Shown: positions 1 through 13,059, numbered from the whole stretch's first letter. The stretch is 62,056 nucleotides of DNA, filler included, from Sluysia triapertura (GCA_046118255.1; 4 parts of 4 records of this genome joined end to end with filler, not necessarily neighbours in it); one strand, 5' to 3'. The notes: generated from the sequence alone by a model not told the origin. A program made the numbers and translations.

Positions 1-3000
1 CACATTCGTAAATTCATAAAGAAATGTGATAAATCTGTCGGTGTACAAATGATTTTACATGTTGGTTTCAAAAAAGACAATAAAAAGTGTGCCTGTAAAA
101 AATATCGCTTTTATTCCAAAAAGTTGTGCTGTTAGTTGATTATTGTGATAAATTTATAATCATTGTTTTTCTAATCATTTATTAACACATTATGAGCGGG
201 TATTCTTAAGTGACAGTACATAAAACGGGTACTAATATAGTCAGATTTTCAATAAGTTCGGTCCTGGTGGTTGTTTTATGGGTAGAAAGTCTTCTTCCAC
301 AGATAGTCTCCAGGCCAGAGTAGCAAATGTTAAGAAAACGAAAAAAACATATTATTCCTGTATATGCAGCAGCGTAACTGGCCTCTTACGAGCCATGTGC
401 ACGATATTAAATTCGGGCCCCATAACGTCAATATATAACGACTATTTTTATAAGAAACAGTATGCATGTTCGAAAAGTATATATAAATTAGCAAATTCAT
501 GTATTATAAAACGATTATATATGTATTCATTCGTCGGTCCCCTCAGGCCCACATTTATATATACATTTACCAAGGATTATAATAAATAAACAACAATATG
601 TTTTAATTATTTAATTAAATAATAATAATAATAATAATAATAGCTCTAATAAAATTTATCTTGAATATTTTCAGCCTGTAAACATCTTAAGTGTAAAATG
701 ACTCCTCCAAAATGCATTTTGGATCATATGTGGATAAAAAAGAAGACTTGTTTTATCAAAAAACACAAGAAATGTATTCCGGAATTACGAATTTATAAAA
801 AGCGAGTCGGTTAGTGAAACATAATCATCAAATATTGTAATAATTATAATAATAAGTAGTATAAAATAATGAATTAATTATTTTTTATTTTAGGTTGCTC
901 AAAAAAACATCGAATAAGTTATCATTGTTCACAGAAAACTTGTGTTGGTACAAAATCGATTCATTATTACGTTTTACATAAATGTAAATGTTTGAAACGT
1001 GTCAAGGTAAAGAAATTCACATGTTGTTGTCCAAATCCGCACAAATCGGTCAAATGTAAACATGACGTTTATGAAGTTAAATATGTTAAGTATAAATATA
1101 TACACAATCACAAGTCGTGTAAGAAGATAGTCGTTAAAAAACCTAAGCTGATTCGTAAGTTTAATTTATATATTACAATTTTATTTATTCATTATTATTC
1201 ACATTTTATCTACTTTCAAAATAATAGTAAAAAATAATTGTTAATTTTTATTTTTTTTGTGGACAAAACAATATATTCAAACAATTTAATACTTACAATT
1301 TAGAATGTACCAGAAAAGTTGTTCTGAAAAAGAAATGTAACAAGCGAACATGCAAAAAAGGATTAATTATTAAACTATTTAAAGTGGTACATTGTAAGTG
1401 CAAATTGATCAAAGTAAAACGATTATTTGGTAAATGTTGTTGTCCACCTAAACATAAGAAAATTAAATGTTACAAGAAACAAGGTATTATACAGCATGTT
1501 CAATTTAAATATCGACTTTACAAAGGCAGTTGCATGGCTCAAAAATTAGTCGAACAAGATAAAATATGTTAGTTTTAATTTTTATTCATTTATATACTAC
1601 TAATAATTAATAAGTAGATTATATTTGTAAATAATGTAATTGTTTTTTTTATTTTTTGTTACAGCTTGTAAAGGTATAAAATTTTTACGTTTCAAATGCA
1701 ATCATCATACAAAAAAGCGAATAATAAAAATAATTGCTCATGTTCGTGTTGGTTGTAAATGTAAACGAAGAGTTAGAATTATGAAAACTTTATGCGGTAA
1801 TTTATTGAATTTTTTTTCAATTTACGATCTCATTTTTAGCGTGTAAAAAACCGAAAATAATAAAAGGAAAATGTATTAAGAATTATCGATCTGTGTATCA
1901 AGTTGAATATCGATTAAAGAAATTAAAACATGGTCATAAATGTGTAAAAACAACATTGAAATTATNNNNNNNNNNNNNNNNNNNNNNNNNNNNNNNNNNN
2001 NNNNNNNNNNNNNNNNNNNNNNNNNNNNNNNNNNNNNNNNNNNNNNNNNNNNNNNNNNNNNNNNNNNNNNNNNNNNNNNNNNNNNNNNNNNNNNNNNNNN
2101 NNNNNNNNNNNNNNNNNNNNNNNNNNNNNNNNNNNNNNNNNNNNNNNNNNNNNNNNNNNNNNNNNNNNNNNNNNNNNNNTCCAGTACGCATTCGAAAATG
2201 TTACTATAATCATATAAAAATTCGAGAGATATTTTACAAATTGCGTCGTAAAGGTTATCGAAAATTTTGCCACATGAAAGACACTATTCGTTATCATTCT
2301 CTTAAGTGTTCATCTGGAAAAACGTATAAAACTAAATGTAAAAAATTTAAACGAAAATACGTAACCATTTTTTATCGACTGAAAAATTGTAAATGTTACA
2401 AAAAGCAATCGATAAAGATTCAAGCTTGTAGTAAGTATACTTTTAATTATTATTTTTAAAAATGGTTCTGATTATTTTTATTTAAAATTTTAAATTTTAG
2501 ATTGTCATAAACGCAACAAAAGTTATAGTTACTGTAAGCATGGTGTTATTACAACAATTAGTAAAAAATATTATTCAATGAAAGGATTTGTACGATGTTT
2601 AATGCATGCTACTTATAAAACCAAATCAATAAGTTAGTAGTATTTTGTGGAAATTATTTTTTAATTATATACATACTATTTATTAATATAAGTAACACAT
2701 TTTTCCAGATTGCCCAAAACAAAAACGAATTCAAGCAATTTCACATAAATGTGTTCTTCGAAAAGGATACGGATATTACAAACATTATCTGATAAGTTGG
2801 CATAAATTAGTCGGATGTAAATGTATCAAATTAACTAAAAACATATCAAAACTGTGTGGTTGTGTGAAAAATATGAAACGTATTAGATGTATTGCTGACG
2901 ATACATTGAAAATTTATAAACGTACTGTATTGAAGCTTGATCATGTTTGTTTACCAAGAAAAGAAATATCAACTAAAGATATACGTAAGAATGTTTAAAA

Positions 3001-6000
3001 ATATATATATTGTTTAATAAAGTTTATTTACTTTTGTTAGTGAGTAGATAAATAATATTTAAAAATAATATTTGTTTTATATATTATATAGAATGTCATG
3101 GAAAGGAATTGGAAATAAAGAAATATTCTTGTCATAAAATAGCCAAAGGAAAATGTTATCGTAAAATTAAAATAATTGAAAGATGGGTTAAAAATTGTAA
3201 ATGTCTTAAAAAAACGATATTAGTTCAACAAAGATGTTGTAAACCGAAACCAATTAAACGAAAATATTGTGACAAAAAACGTGGACAAAAAGTATCCGAA
3301 ACAACCAAATTTAAATTGGCATCAGGCAAAGTAATATATCGTAAAGGTGATTATGTTTTATTGGATAAAAAAGTTATCAAATCAACGACAAGACAGCGAC
3401 GTGATATTATTTGTCCATCAGCGTTTGTGCATGAAAAATGTGAAAAATCGTCTGGTCATTGGCAGCGTATTATTGGTTCATTTAAACGTATTGGTTGTAA
3501 ATGTGTAAAGAAGTTGAAACGAATTCACGGAAAATGCAGTAAGCTGTTTTTAAATATGAGTGATAATTGATTGATTTTCAATATTTTTATTAAATCCGAT
3601 TATCCATTTAAAAACACTGTTATAGCCAATTACATTTGACCTCATTTCTCACTAATGGCATTTTCAAGCAAATCATAAGTATACACTTTGTAATAAATAA
3701 TAGAGCTATATAAATTATTATTTTTCTATTCAGAATGCCCTCCGAAGAATGTCAAAATAAGTAAATGTCACAAACAATTCCAAACTATCCACATAACGGA
3801 GTATTATTTAATCGATCGACATTGTGTGTTATTTTCTCGTCGCACAAAACGAAGATGTGCCTGCCCAAAACCGATAAGTCGAATATATTGTGATGGTGAA
3901 GGAAGGTGGGTTCGGTGTGTAACGGAATTTAAATTTTCACACCAAAGCAACAGTTGTAGTCTGGAAAAACGATGTGTCCGTTGGAATCAGTTGTGTCAAG
4001 AATCGTACAGTGTAGAAGGTAGATCTTGTGATAAGAAAACAAAATTGCGTCAATTCAAATTCGTTTCATTTATATTGGATCATCATAAATGTAAATGCAA
4101 ACGACACGTATCAATATCTCATGAATATTGTTGTAAGTAAATTCAAAATTTAATTAAAATTTATTTATTGACAATTGGAAGTAGTATATATTTTGGTAAA
4201 TATTTTTATTTGAAAATAATAAAATGTACATTAAGTAATTCTGAATATTCTTCAAAAGGGGTCAAGACCAACAGTGGGTCACAGCACAAAAAGTGTGAAG
4301 ACCACTGCTTTATAAGATCGAATCATTTATTGATATTTTTATTGGCAAAATAAAAACATCCAATACAATTTTTAAATTTATAGCATCACTGAAAGTAGGT
4401 AACGTATTTGTGATATATATTGTATAATTAGAGTCAACATTTTTGTTTTAAAATTTAACCAATAAGATTACAGCATTTGAGATACAAGAAACTTGAACTA
4501 AATATTTCTTAAAATTCAAATTAAATGTATTATTATATGATTTCATTATATAATATTATTACTAGAACATGTAATAAGTAAATTACAGTTACAAATTTTC
4601 TAATGATTTTATTGGATAATTTTTTCTCATGATTCTATTGGATAACAACCAATTTATTTGAATTTTTATTGTTACCAAACAAATTTTGATTATGATCAGA
4701 TAATTATAATATTACTTTATTTTTATTGGTTAATTTAAATTTTTTAAGTTTACTAAAATTAAAAATTTTTTAAAAATAATTTAGATTGCAAACACAAAGA
4801 CAAAGTATCTACTAAGTGTATCGATAATGTTTTGATAACCAATAAAAAACATTATTCACTTCATATGGGTGTTTGTTTACCAACCAGAAGTCAAATTAAA
4901 AGTCAAATAAGTGAGTCGGTTTTGTTTTATTGTGATTGGTTAAGTTTACTTGGGCAATCAAATTAGATAATAAAATAGACAAAAAACAAAACATTTACCA
5001 ATAAGAATGCATTCTTAAAACATATGAAATATTTGGCAATAGAAACATTTTAAGAACTTTTAAACAAACTGTTAACATATTTAATTTTTGAATTTAAGAA
5101 ACATAAACATAAAATATAAGTATACAATCAAAACTTTTTAATAACTCATTATTTATTCTGTGCTTTGTCTGATAATATTCATTTTTGGCAAGATTTTCCA
5201 TGTTTTATTGGCATCTGCTTTTGATTGGTCATATTTTCTGGATGGATTTTTCATTTATCTTTCGTATTTGTTTGCAATTTTTCTTATTTTATCTTATTTA
5301 TGAACATACTTCGAGTTTACGTGTTTTCTGATAAATATTTTTAGATGTAAAGTAAATGCAATATAATTTTATTTTCAAGAATATTTATGAATGTATTAAT
5401 TATATGGAAAATAAACTCTCGATTATTTTATGGCACTTTTTCAGTTAAGCTTGATTCAATCATTATTTAATTCATTAAATTAGCGTCAGAAGTGTTTCAT
5501 TAACTGAACGATTGTTTATATAATATTATTTCCGAGTAAGTTCGAAAGAATTAAGATGCATGTTTAACATAATCAATTATTATTAGTTTAGTTACTTATT
5601 TTTGGCAGCAACTAAATTTGCGCAAATAATAAAAATAATAAAAGCGAGAAAAATATTTTTTGAAATTCAACGGAATATGAAACATATTTATTTCAGAATG
5701 CCCAGAACCCTATGTACAGGCAGGTAAATGTCACGATGACCTTCATGGAATTAAGAACGGTTTCAAATTCATTACTAAAACCGAATATCACAATGTCAAT
5801 TGTAAATGTATTAAAAAACAACGAAAATATCAACATCCATGCGGTAATTGGGTTTTATTTAGCGGATTTAATTTACTATAGATTGTAATTTAATTCATAA
5901 GCCGGAGACAATTAAATTTTGTAAACATGGTAACAAAATAGTTAAATTAATCAAGTATTATGCGTTACAGAAGAATAAATGTATTCCACGACAAAAACAT

Positions 6001-6007
6001 TATAAAG
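1..6007 (+). CDS. Partial multi-exon gene for a very basic Cys/Lys-rich tandem-repeat protein. Exons: <1-130, 675-809, 894-1154, 1304-1567, 1665-1796, 1840->1965 (gap), <2180-2430, 2501-2632, 2709-2984, 3092-3538, 3734-4132, 4785-4910, 5697-5843, 5882->6007 (gap)
   Basis: Hand-spliced at GT..AG sites, the exons read in frame without stops (e.g. KKCACKKYRFYSKKLC-S-CKHLKCKMTPPKC...; LHKCKCLKRVKVKKFTCCCPNP...; NVNCKCIKKQRKYQHPC-D-CNLIHKP). Recurrent CxC, CxCP and CC motifs. Start and end are not visible. Confidence 0.9.
1966..2179. other. Assembly gap (N run) inside the Cys-rich gene
   Basis: N run; coding sequence of the same repeat type on both sides. Confidence 1.
4174..5228. promoter_or_regulatory. 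Dense cluster of CCAAT/ATTGG pentamers in introns of the Cys-rich gene (candidate NF-Y enhancer)
   Basis: 13 occurrences counted by eye (4174, 4341, 4360, 4459, 4611, 4637, 4649, 4725, 4839 exonic, 4935, 4998, 5207, 5224); function is inferred. Confidence 0.4.
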
Positions 6008-6135
6008 NNNNNNNNNNNNNNNNNNNNNNNNNNNNNNNNNNNNNNNNNNNNNNNNNNNNNNNNNNNNNNNNNNNNNNNNNNNNNNNNNNNNNNNNNNNNN
6101 NNNNNNNNNNNNNNNNNNNNNNNNNNNNNNNNNNN
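6008..6135. other. Assembly gap (N run)
   Basis: N run. Confidence 1.
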
Positions 6136-6474
6136 TTAACTAATTCTTATTGATTGCACAAAAGAAAAAGAAATACGATATTATGCATTAATAAAATTAA
6201 TTTATACTTTATCATAGAAATTGTTGATAAAAGTGAAATTTTTATGGATCTAAAATGTTAATGAAAGAAAATCCACAAATTAAAGAAAAGAAAAAAAATT
6301 AAAAACTAAATAAATAATGGAACCGTTAATATAAATTTTATGTTGAAAATTCTTCTAAATTTTCAAATATCAGTGACAGATTATGCCAATTTCCTGACAT
6401 AAAAATCTTTTCTTAGATAATAAAATGAAATTATTTATGAGAAAAAGATACCTAGAACGCACTGCAATACTTCA

Positions 6475-6590
6475 ATTGGTTTATAAAACTAACCCCAATT
6501 ATTGGTTGATGCAACTAACGTTGTAATTTTTTGGATTGGAACATTTTTGAACTTTAAACAACCAATAAAAATCAAGTCTAGTATCATTGG
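6475..6590. promoter_or_regulatory. Second CCAAT/ATTGG cluster (6 sites in ~116 bp)
   Basis: Sites at 6475, 6495, 6501, 6535, 6562, 6586. Confidence 0.4.
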
Positions 6591-7937
6591 CTCGAATTAA
6601 TGAATGAGTCAATAAAAAATCTGTACCGAATGCAAACTTTGGAAATAAAGAACATTTTTCTCAAATTTAAATTAAAATTAAGAAAATTGAATGAGAAAAA
6701 GATATAATTATGTAAAGAAATTGTGAAATAAAATGTGATTCGTCAGTCCCCTACGATCGTATACTTATACACTTATGGGCTAGAATAATTAGTGGAGGTT
6801 TATTTTTAAATTAATGCGGTCAATCCTATCTTAAAACTTGTCTTAATTAATAATTATCTGCAAATTAATTCCTTAATTAATAATATTTAGTAATTGTCAG
6901 ATTTTCTACCGTGAAATTAAAAACAGTATGTTTAATTTTTCGACCATACTAAAAACAGTGTTCCTTACAAAAATTTCTAAATAAATAAATTTTAATAACC
7001 AAAAGTACATTAAATAACACGATTTATAAAAATTAAGAATACACAATTAGATAACAATAAATAATTGATAATAATATATTGTCAGATTGATATACAATCT
7101 ATAGTTAAAAAAATTAATTTAAATCTACAAGTCCCAATTAAAAGGACCGTTAGAAAAAGTTTATACACTGATTTTAAGTAACATTTAACTACCTATTAAA
7201 ACAGGTGCGACTTAATAATAACAAACTAACGATTACAGTAAACTTCTAACTAAGCAACAGTTAGAAACCAATATTAATTACTTAACTTTATGCTTAATGC
7301 TTGATGTTTTTAAAGTACTTTATGTATAACCTTGAAGAATGTTCACATATTGAATTAGTTAATATTGAATAGAAACTCATATATCCAAATAATTATAATC
7401 ATATTCATGTATAAACATTACAATTAGATTAGTTACCCAACAAATTTTTATTATTTAAAGCACTTATTGACTTTTCAATTGATTATTGATTATTATGTAT
7501 TTAATTTACATACATAATACAATATTAATCGTTATGACACTGTTTTGTTTATTTACATCATTGATCAAAGAATAAGTGATTTTTGTTAAACAAAATAATC
7601 GAAATGTTTTCAAAATTATTTTTTTTGTTTTATTTTAAATAAAATAAATAATTTAATTACAGGAAAAAAAGCAGTATTCAATTTTAAATATTAATTGATA
7701 TATTTTATTAATATATTGCAAGAAAGTCAATTTAATTTAATTGTTAAATATTATATTTTCCATTTATTTTTTAAATGAATATTCAAAAACATTATTTTTC
7801 AAATTGATTATAAAAATATCAAATTATAATTATAATTATTATTATTATTATAATTTGTTAATTAATTATTTAGTTAAATTGTTTTTATTATCTATCATTC
7901 AAATTTCAATTATAAATTTTTTATTGAATATTTAATA

Positions 7938-8009
7938 ATCATTATTATTATTATTATCAGTCATTATTATTATCATTATTATTATCATTATTATTATCAT
8001 TATTATTAT
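7938..8009. repeat. Imperfect (ATT/ATC)n microsatellite
   Basis: attattattatc repeats visible. Confidence 0.85.
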
Positions 8010-8265
8010 GTAATTAAAGAAAATTATTGATTGAAATTATACTTTTCGTTTAATTCACAGTGGGCCAAAAGAAGTAAAGAAATATTGTCCATAGGAACTG
8101 TTTCCATGAATACTGTGACTTCAAAATCAATAAAAACCGTAAATAATCTAATTGGATCGATTTGCACTAATCGATATTATTTAAATAATTATTATTACTA
8201 TTTGTAAATTTAATTTCATTTACACTGAAAAAATTAAATTAATAAAACTTATTATTATATTTTTT

Positions 8266-8297
<32 letters not shown>

Positions 8298-9106
8298 AGT
8301 TATTTAATGTATATATTTCCGTTTTTTATTTTTTACTAAAATAAAATCATATTTTAGATATATAAATATATTTTTTTTCAAATTTAATTATTATAAATAT
8401 TATATTAATATTTATCAATGAAGAAAATTCAGAATTTATAATCTTCAGTAATAAAAATAAATGAAACAAAGTTAACTGTAGGTGGTAAGACACACACTAG
8501 ATGAGCAGCAAAAATTACGAAATATAGGCTGTTATATTAATTGTATTGTTAAAAAGTGTAAATATCAATTAAAGAAAATGTCACTTATTGTTCATTCATT
8601 GATAGCTAGCAACATAGATTTTAGCAATGGTTTATTGTACTTGCTGTTCATTTTTCTAACACTTAACCAACGGCAAAATATTTTCTGAGTTTCAGCAACT
8701 TGATAAGTTAATAAATTCTAATTAATTCTAATCTCTCAACCTTAATACTTTATAAAATACTTAGGAGTATTTATGAATACTTTTTTCACACGATAAATAG
8801 AACCAAAATTCTAAAAACTTTATTATTTAAAAATTCTAATAATTTACAAAATAATTGTGATAGACAAACACAAAATAAAATAAATATTTAATTTACTCTG
8901 TATTTTGCACCTCAAAATATCGGCGAAAACTAATTTTTATCATTATTATTATCATTATTATTATTATATTTATTATATTATTATATATTATTATTATTAT
9001 ATTTTTTCTTTAAAGATTTAAATTTAAGTGCATTTTAAGATATTAATGTGGACCTTTTAGAAACTTCTCCAAAGCAATTTCGAATCCTTTGAATAGAATA
9101 AAACAA

Positions 9107-9313
9107 CTAAAAATTCCAAATGGCGGATTTCAAAATGGCCATTTTCATTAAACTGATACTAGTTTATACACTAGTCATCAACTAATGAGAATCGATGGAA
9201 TATTCTAGAACATTATAGAAACTTCTGTTATATTTTTCGAAGCGAATTTTCTTTTTTCAAAAAATAATTTCTTTTTTGGAAAATAATTATTTTGTAAGTG
9301 ATTTTAAAGATTT
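9107..9313 (+). repeat. Dispersed repeat family D, copy 1 (probable transposon-derived end)
   Basis: atttcaaaatggccattttcattaaactgatactagttta...cttttttcaaaaaataatttc...gtgattttaaagattt matches the reverse complement of 57700-57856. Confidence 0.8.
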
Positions 9314-9344
9314 ATACATAATTTTTATGCATTTTATATGATTG

Positions 9345-9735
9345 TAGAGGGTTGTGAAAACGACCCAATATACTCAATTTCATATAGAAGAATGAAAAAA
9401 TTACAATAATTAATCAAGCACCAATACTAATTCTCCAAGAAGATCCCATATAAGGAATTACATTGGTTGCCAAAGCCCTATATTACGTAAGTCTTGAATA
9501 TCACTTAGAAGTAAATAAAAATTTGGAAACCAAGATGAATATTTCATTGAGACATAATAATCTATACAGAATCAACAGTGATAACAAGTTAGGTGATAGG
9601 TGGTATACCATTTATGTTTCAAAAATATACAACCAGTACTACCAGAGAATGTCAAATTACTTGAAGATTATGAAATATTTAAGAAAAAGGCAAAGTTTCT
9701 GTTTCAAAAATATTAAAGTGAATGATTTATTTTAA
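9345..9735 (+). mobile_element. Degenerate 3' end of an L2/CR1-type non-LTR retrotransposon ORF2
   Basis: Across frameshifts reads YKELHWLP...KLGDRWYTIYVSKIYN..LPENVKLLEDYEIFKKKAKFLF, matching the L2/CR1 C-terminal pattern LxxLHWLP...GDRxFxxxAPKLWNxLPxxIR...FKKxLK. Confidence 0.65.
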
Positions 9736-10559
9736 GCGCGTTTGAGTACTTACTTTGCAGTAGATATGAGCGCAATATAAATTAATATATTATTATTATT
9801 GAATATTTAAAATGTTTAAAAATGAATCAAATTAGATTGTGAATGGTGATAAAATAAACAGCGTAACGTTATCTAAAATTCCAATATAATATTATAGAAT
9901 ACATAAATTATCTGAACAGCGAAAAAGTGTGGTTAATGTTAATGATAAATTAATGAACGAAATAAATTATTTGCTATATAAACGATTGGATTAGTTTGAT
10001 TGAAAAGAACTCTCAGGACAAAATATTTTTTTGATCCAACTGTGTATTGAAATGATTTGTGATTTCAAATAAACATTCAGTGAATTATGTCGATTTTACC
10101 AATAATACAGTTCACAATTTATTTGACTGCCTTCTATTTTGGATCCCGGAGAACAACACTTCATATAACAATATCTGATTATTTTCATTAGTTTTGGCCA
10201 ATAAATATTTTATTATTAAATAAAACCTTTCTTTTATTCAATGTTTTGGTTGTAACGAATATTTGTTTCTGCTATGTATAATTTTTAAGATTACAGAAAA
10301 ATTATCTCTATTAATATTAAAATCTCTTCATCACTCAATTTATGTGATAAAATACTTTTAAACATTATGAACAGTCCTTTACATTTAATGAAGTTTAATT
10401 CCATAAGATATTCACTAAAAAGATTAACAAAATGAACATATAATTTATTCAAAATATTAAAAATTTTATTATTTAAATTTCTGTCTTGGTTTTGTTTTCC
10501 CTGAACATATTTCGAGCGAATAATTTTGATAGTTCTGAAAGTCACCATCGCTGGCGTCT

Positions 10560-11140
10560 TAAACCGGAATCACAATAGGAAAATGCCTCACACGACATGT
10601 ATCCATGATTCAAAGCATTTGTCGTCGAGAGTGCGGACCAGTTAAAAGAATGATTGGTAGGTTGTGTTTGATTAATTGTTTTCGGCTTAACATAGAAGCT
10701 ATGACAGTACATGAATTAAATGTTTCGATTTATTGCATTTACGTGACTGTTTTAGGAAATTATATCTCCTTATTGTATAGAAATCTATAGAAGCGTTAAC
10801 AATTTGAAAATGTTTTCTTCCACAGATATCAACATTAGGACATCTAGTTAATTCTTTGTTTAACTTATCTGTACGTGATATTAAGTACATATTGACAATA
10901 TCGAGGGGATATGTTGTCGTTTTCATAAATATTTTGAATTCTTTTATAGACCATCTACTTTTGATCAGCGTAGTTACGTGAAAAGAATTAATTTCAAAAG
11001 TTGCTGTCATGTCTAGTAATGTCAGGATACTAAGTAAATAACGTGTTTGATTGTTAACTATCATCATATATATTATATCTTGATAAAGATAACTATAATT
11101 ACAAATGCTGTGCAGATTAAAACTTGGTATGAGCATTTAA
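10560..11140 (-). mobile_element. Degenerate gag-like ORF1 of a LINE (I/Jockey type) with decayed CCHC knuckles
   Basis: ORF 10699-11136 ends ...RRYNFLKQSRKCNKSKHLI (knuckle 1, first Cys to Ser), followed out of frame by TGPHSRRQ and TCRVRHFP (knuckle 2 and 3 remnants). Confidence 0.4.
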
Positions 11141-11749
11141 TCTAAATGTATACATTTAATCGGAATAGATACTGTGGCCGTGGATCATGTATGATTGATA
11201 ATGTTGGATGGTACCATCGCAAAGTAGTATCATTCGATACATTGACACTTTCATCTGATTCTTTATCTTTGTGCAAGTCGTTAGTGGAATGCTATTTTGA
11301 TTAATCGGGTTTTGTAGTGACAGGTAAATTCGAATAATTATTATGTGGTATTTTCAAGAATTCACTTGATATACCGTCAGTTTTATAGCTCGGTTTCAAA
11401 AAATTGATTCCGCACTGATAAGTTCTTTGAGAAGATAATTTGAATGAGACGTTAATGCTGAATTTAAGAACGAAGGATTTAATCTGTCTGATGATGTTAC
11501 TAAATCTGAATTACTTTCAGATCTATGGCATTAGTAGGTTGGTGAGTAGTCATAAGATTTGTCATCATATTACCGGGTAAATTAGTGGTATTCATGCTAA
11601 TATTGTTACCGGTAGATTGATATTGATTGAAAATTCTCAATAAATTGTGATTATTAGCATAATTCAATATTTATGTTATATGGTCACCATTGTTTGAATA
11701 CCATTTAAATTAATTGTATTAGTATAATGAATGGTATTATTCTTTGAAT

Positions 11750-12348
11750 TATTACTGTTATCATTATTGTTGCTATTTTCTAATGATTTTTTAATACATA
11801 CGTTTATAAAATTTATTATACTAAATCAATGATATAATGACAAAGTACAAAAGATGCCTGGATTTAAAAACAAAAATATGAATTCCTTTACTTTGAATTT
11901 ACACGATCTGTCTGTTATTTCTTTTATTTCTTGATATATTAAAATATGTTTAAAGTAGTTAAATGTCTTTAGATGTCTGAAGGTTAAATGTTTTAGTGTT
12001 GAAAACTTACGATTTCATTATTTTGAAATGATATAAATATTTTACTTAGATTTTAAATGTAAATTGATGATATGACTGAAATTGTTGTTTGAATGTTAAG
12101 AGATTGTGAATTCCAAATATGTTGAAAGAGAGTAGTTTCGTGGAAGTGGATTAGATAAATTATAGGCTATGTTTTGGTAAATTCAAAAAGGTAATTGTGT
12201 GATGATTTTGGTTATGTTAATATTGAACTATGTATGAAGATATTTATGATGAATTATTTTTGAATGTGAATTGTAGACTTTGAGGGTGAGTGAGGTTTGT
12301 TGTGTTGTAAGGAAAAATTTTAATAAAGGTGAAAGGTTGGCCACCACA
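11750..12348. repeat. Dispersed repeat family B-like copy ending in ...GGTTGGCCACCACA
   Basis: G/T-skewed sequence; tgaatgttaagagattgtgaattccaaatatgttgaaa resembles 28890-28925; terminus shared with 29122 and 35540; left boundary approximate. Confidence 0.6.
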
Positions 12349-12702
12349 AATGTTTCTATTATTAAGAGTCTAAAATAATAATGTATGGAATTTTAATTTA
12401 AGAACACAGACCAGTACTGAACTAACACTCTTCAAGTAAAATTTATAAAAGTTGTAAAGAGAACTTAATTTAGATTAAGAATCATTAGATTAATAATTAA
12501 GATTTAGTAAAGAATCATAGAAAATAAACACCGAAGTAATTTATAAATATAAAGTTAACATTTAAAATAACGGTATGCTATTAAAGAAATGCAAATTAAA
12601 TTATCAGATTTTATACAAGGTACAAGTTAAAAAACTTCTTAAGGATCAGAATTTCAAGATCCACGAGTTCGAAGAATAAATTTCGGAGAATTAAAGAGAA
12701 CC

Positions 12703-13059
12703 NNNNNNNNNNNNNNNNNNNNNNNNNNNNNNNNNNNNNNNNNNNNNNNNNNNNNNNNNNNNNNNNNNNNNNNNNNNNNNNNNNNNNNNNNNNNNNNNNN
12801 NNNNNNNNNNNNNNNNNNNNNNNNNNNNNNNNNNNNNNNNNNNNNNNNNNNNNNNNNNNNNNNNNNNNNNNNNNNNNNNNNNNNNNNNNNNNNNNNNNNN
12901 NNNNNNNNNNNNNNNNNNNNNNNNNNNNNNNNNNNNNNNNNNNNNNNNNNNNNNNNNNNNNNNNNNNNNNNNNNNNNNNNNNNNNNNNNNNNNNNNNNNN
13001 NNNNNNNNNNNNNNNNNNNNNNNNNNNNNNNNNNNNNNNNNNNNNNNNNNNNNNNNNNN
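12703..13059. other. Assembly gap (N run)
   Basis: N run. Confidence 1.

Noticed and set aside
278-589. 103-aa ORF
   Set aside because: It lies inside intron 1 of the Cys-rich gene and lacks the repeat pattern; probably a transposon fragment or chance ORF
1934-2297. ORFs made mostly of X (also 12611-13081)
   Set aside because: Artefacts of N runs
4168-4353. Possible extra exon of the Cys-rich gene
   Set aside because: No phase-1 acceptor followed by Cys and no suitable donor; 4132 splices in frame to 4785
8056-8117. CACAGTG Transib/RSS-like end (also near 14730)
   Set aside because: Only a 6-7-bp match, with no convincing partner TIR or target-site duplication
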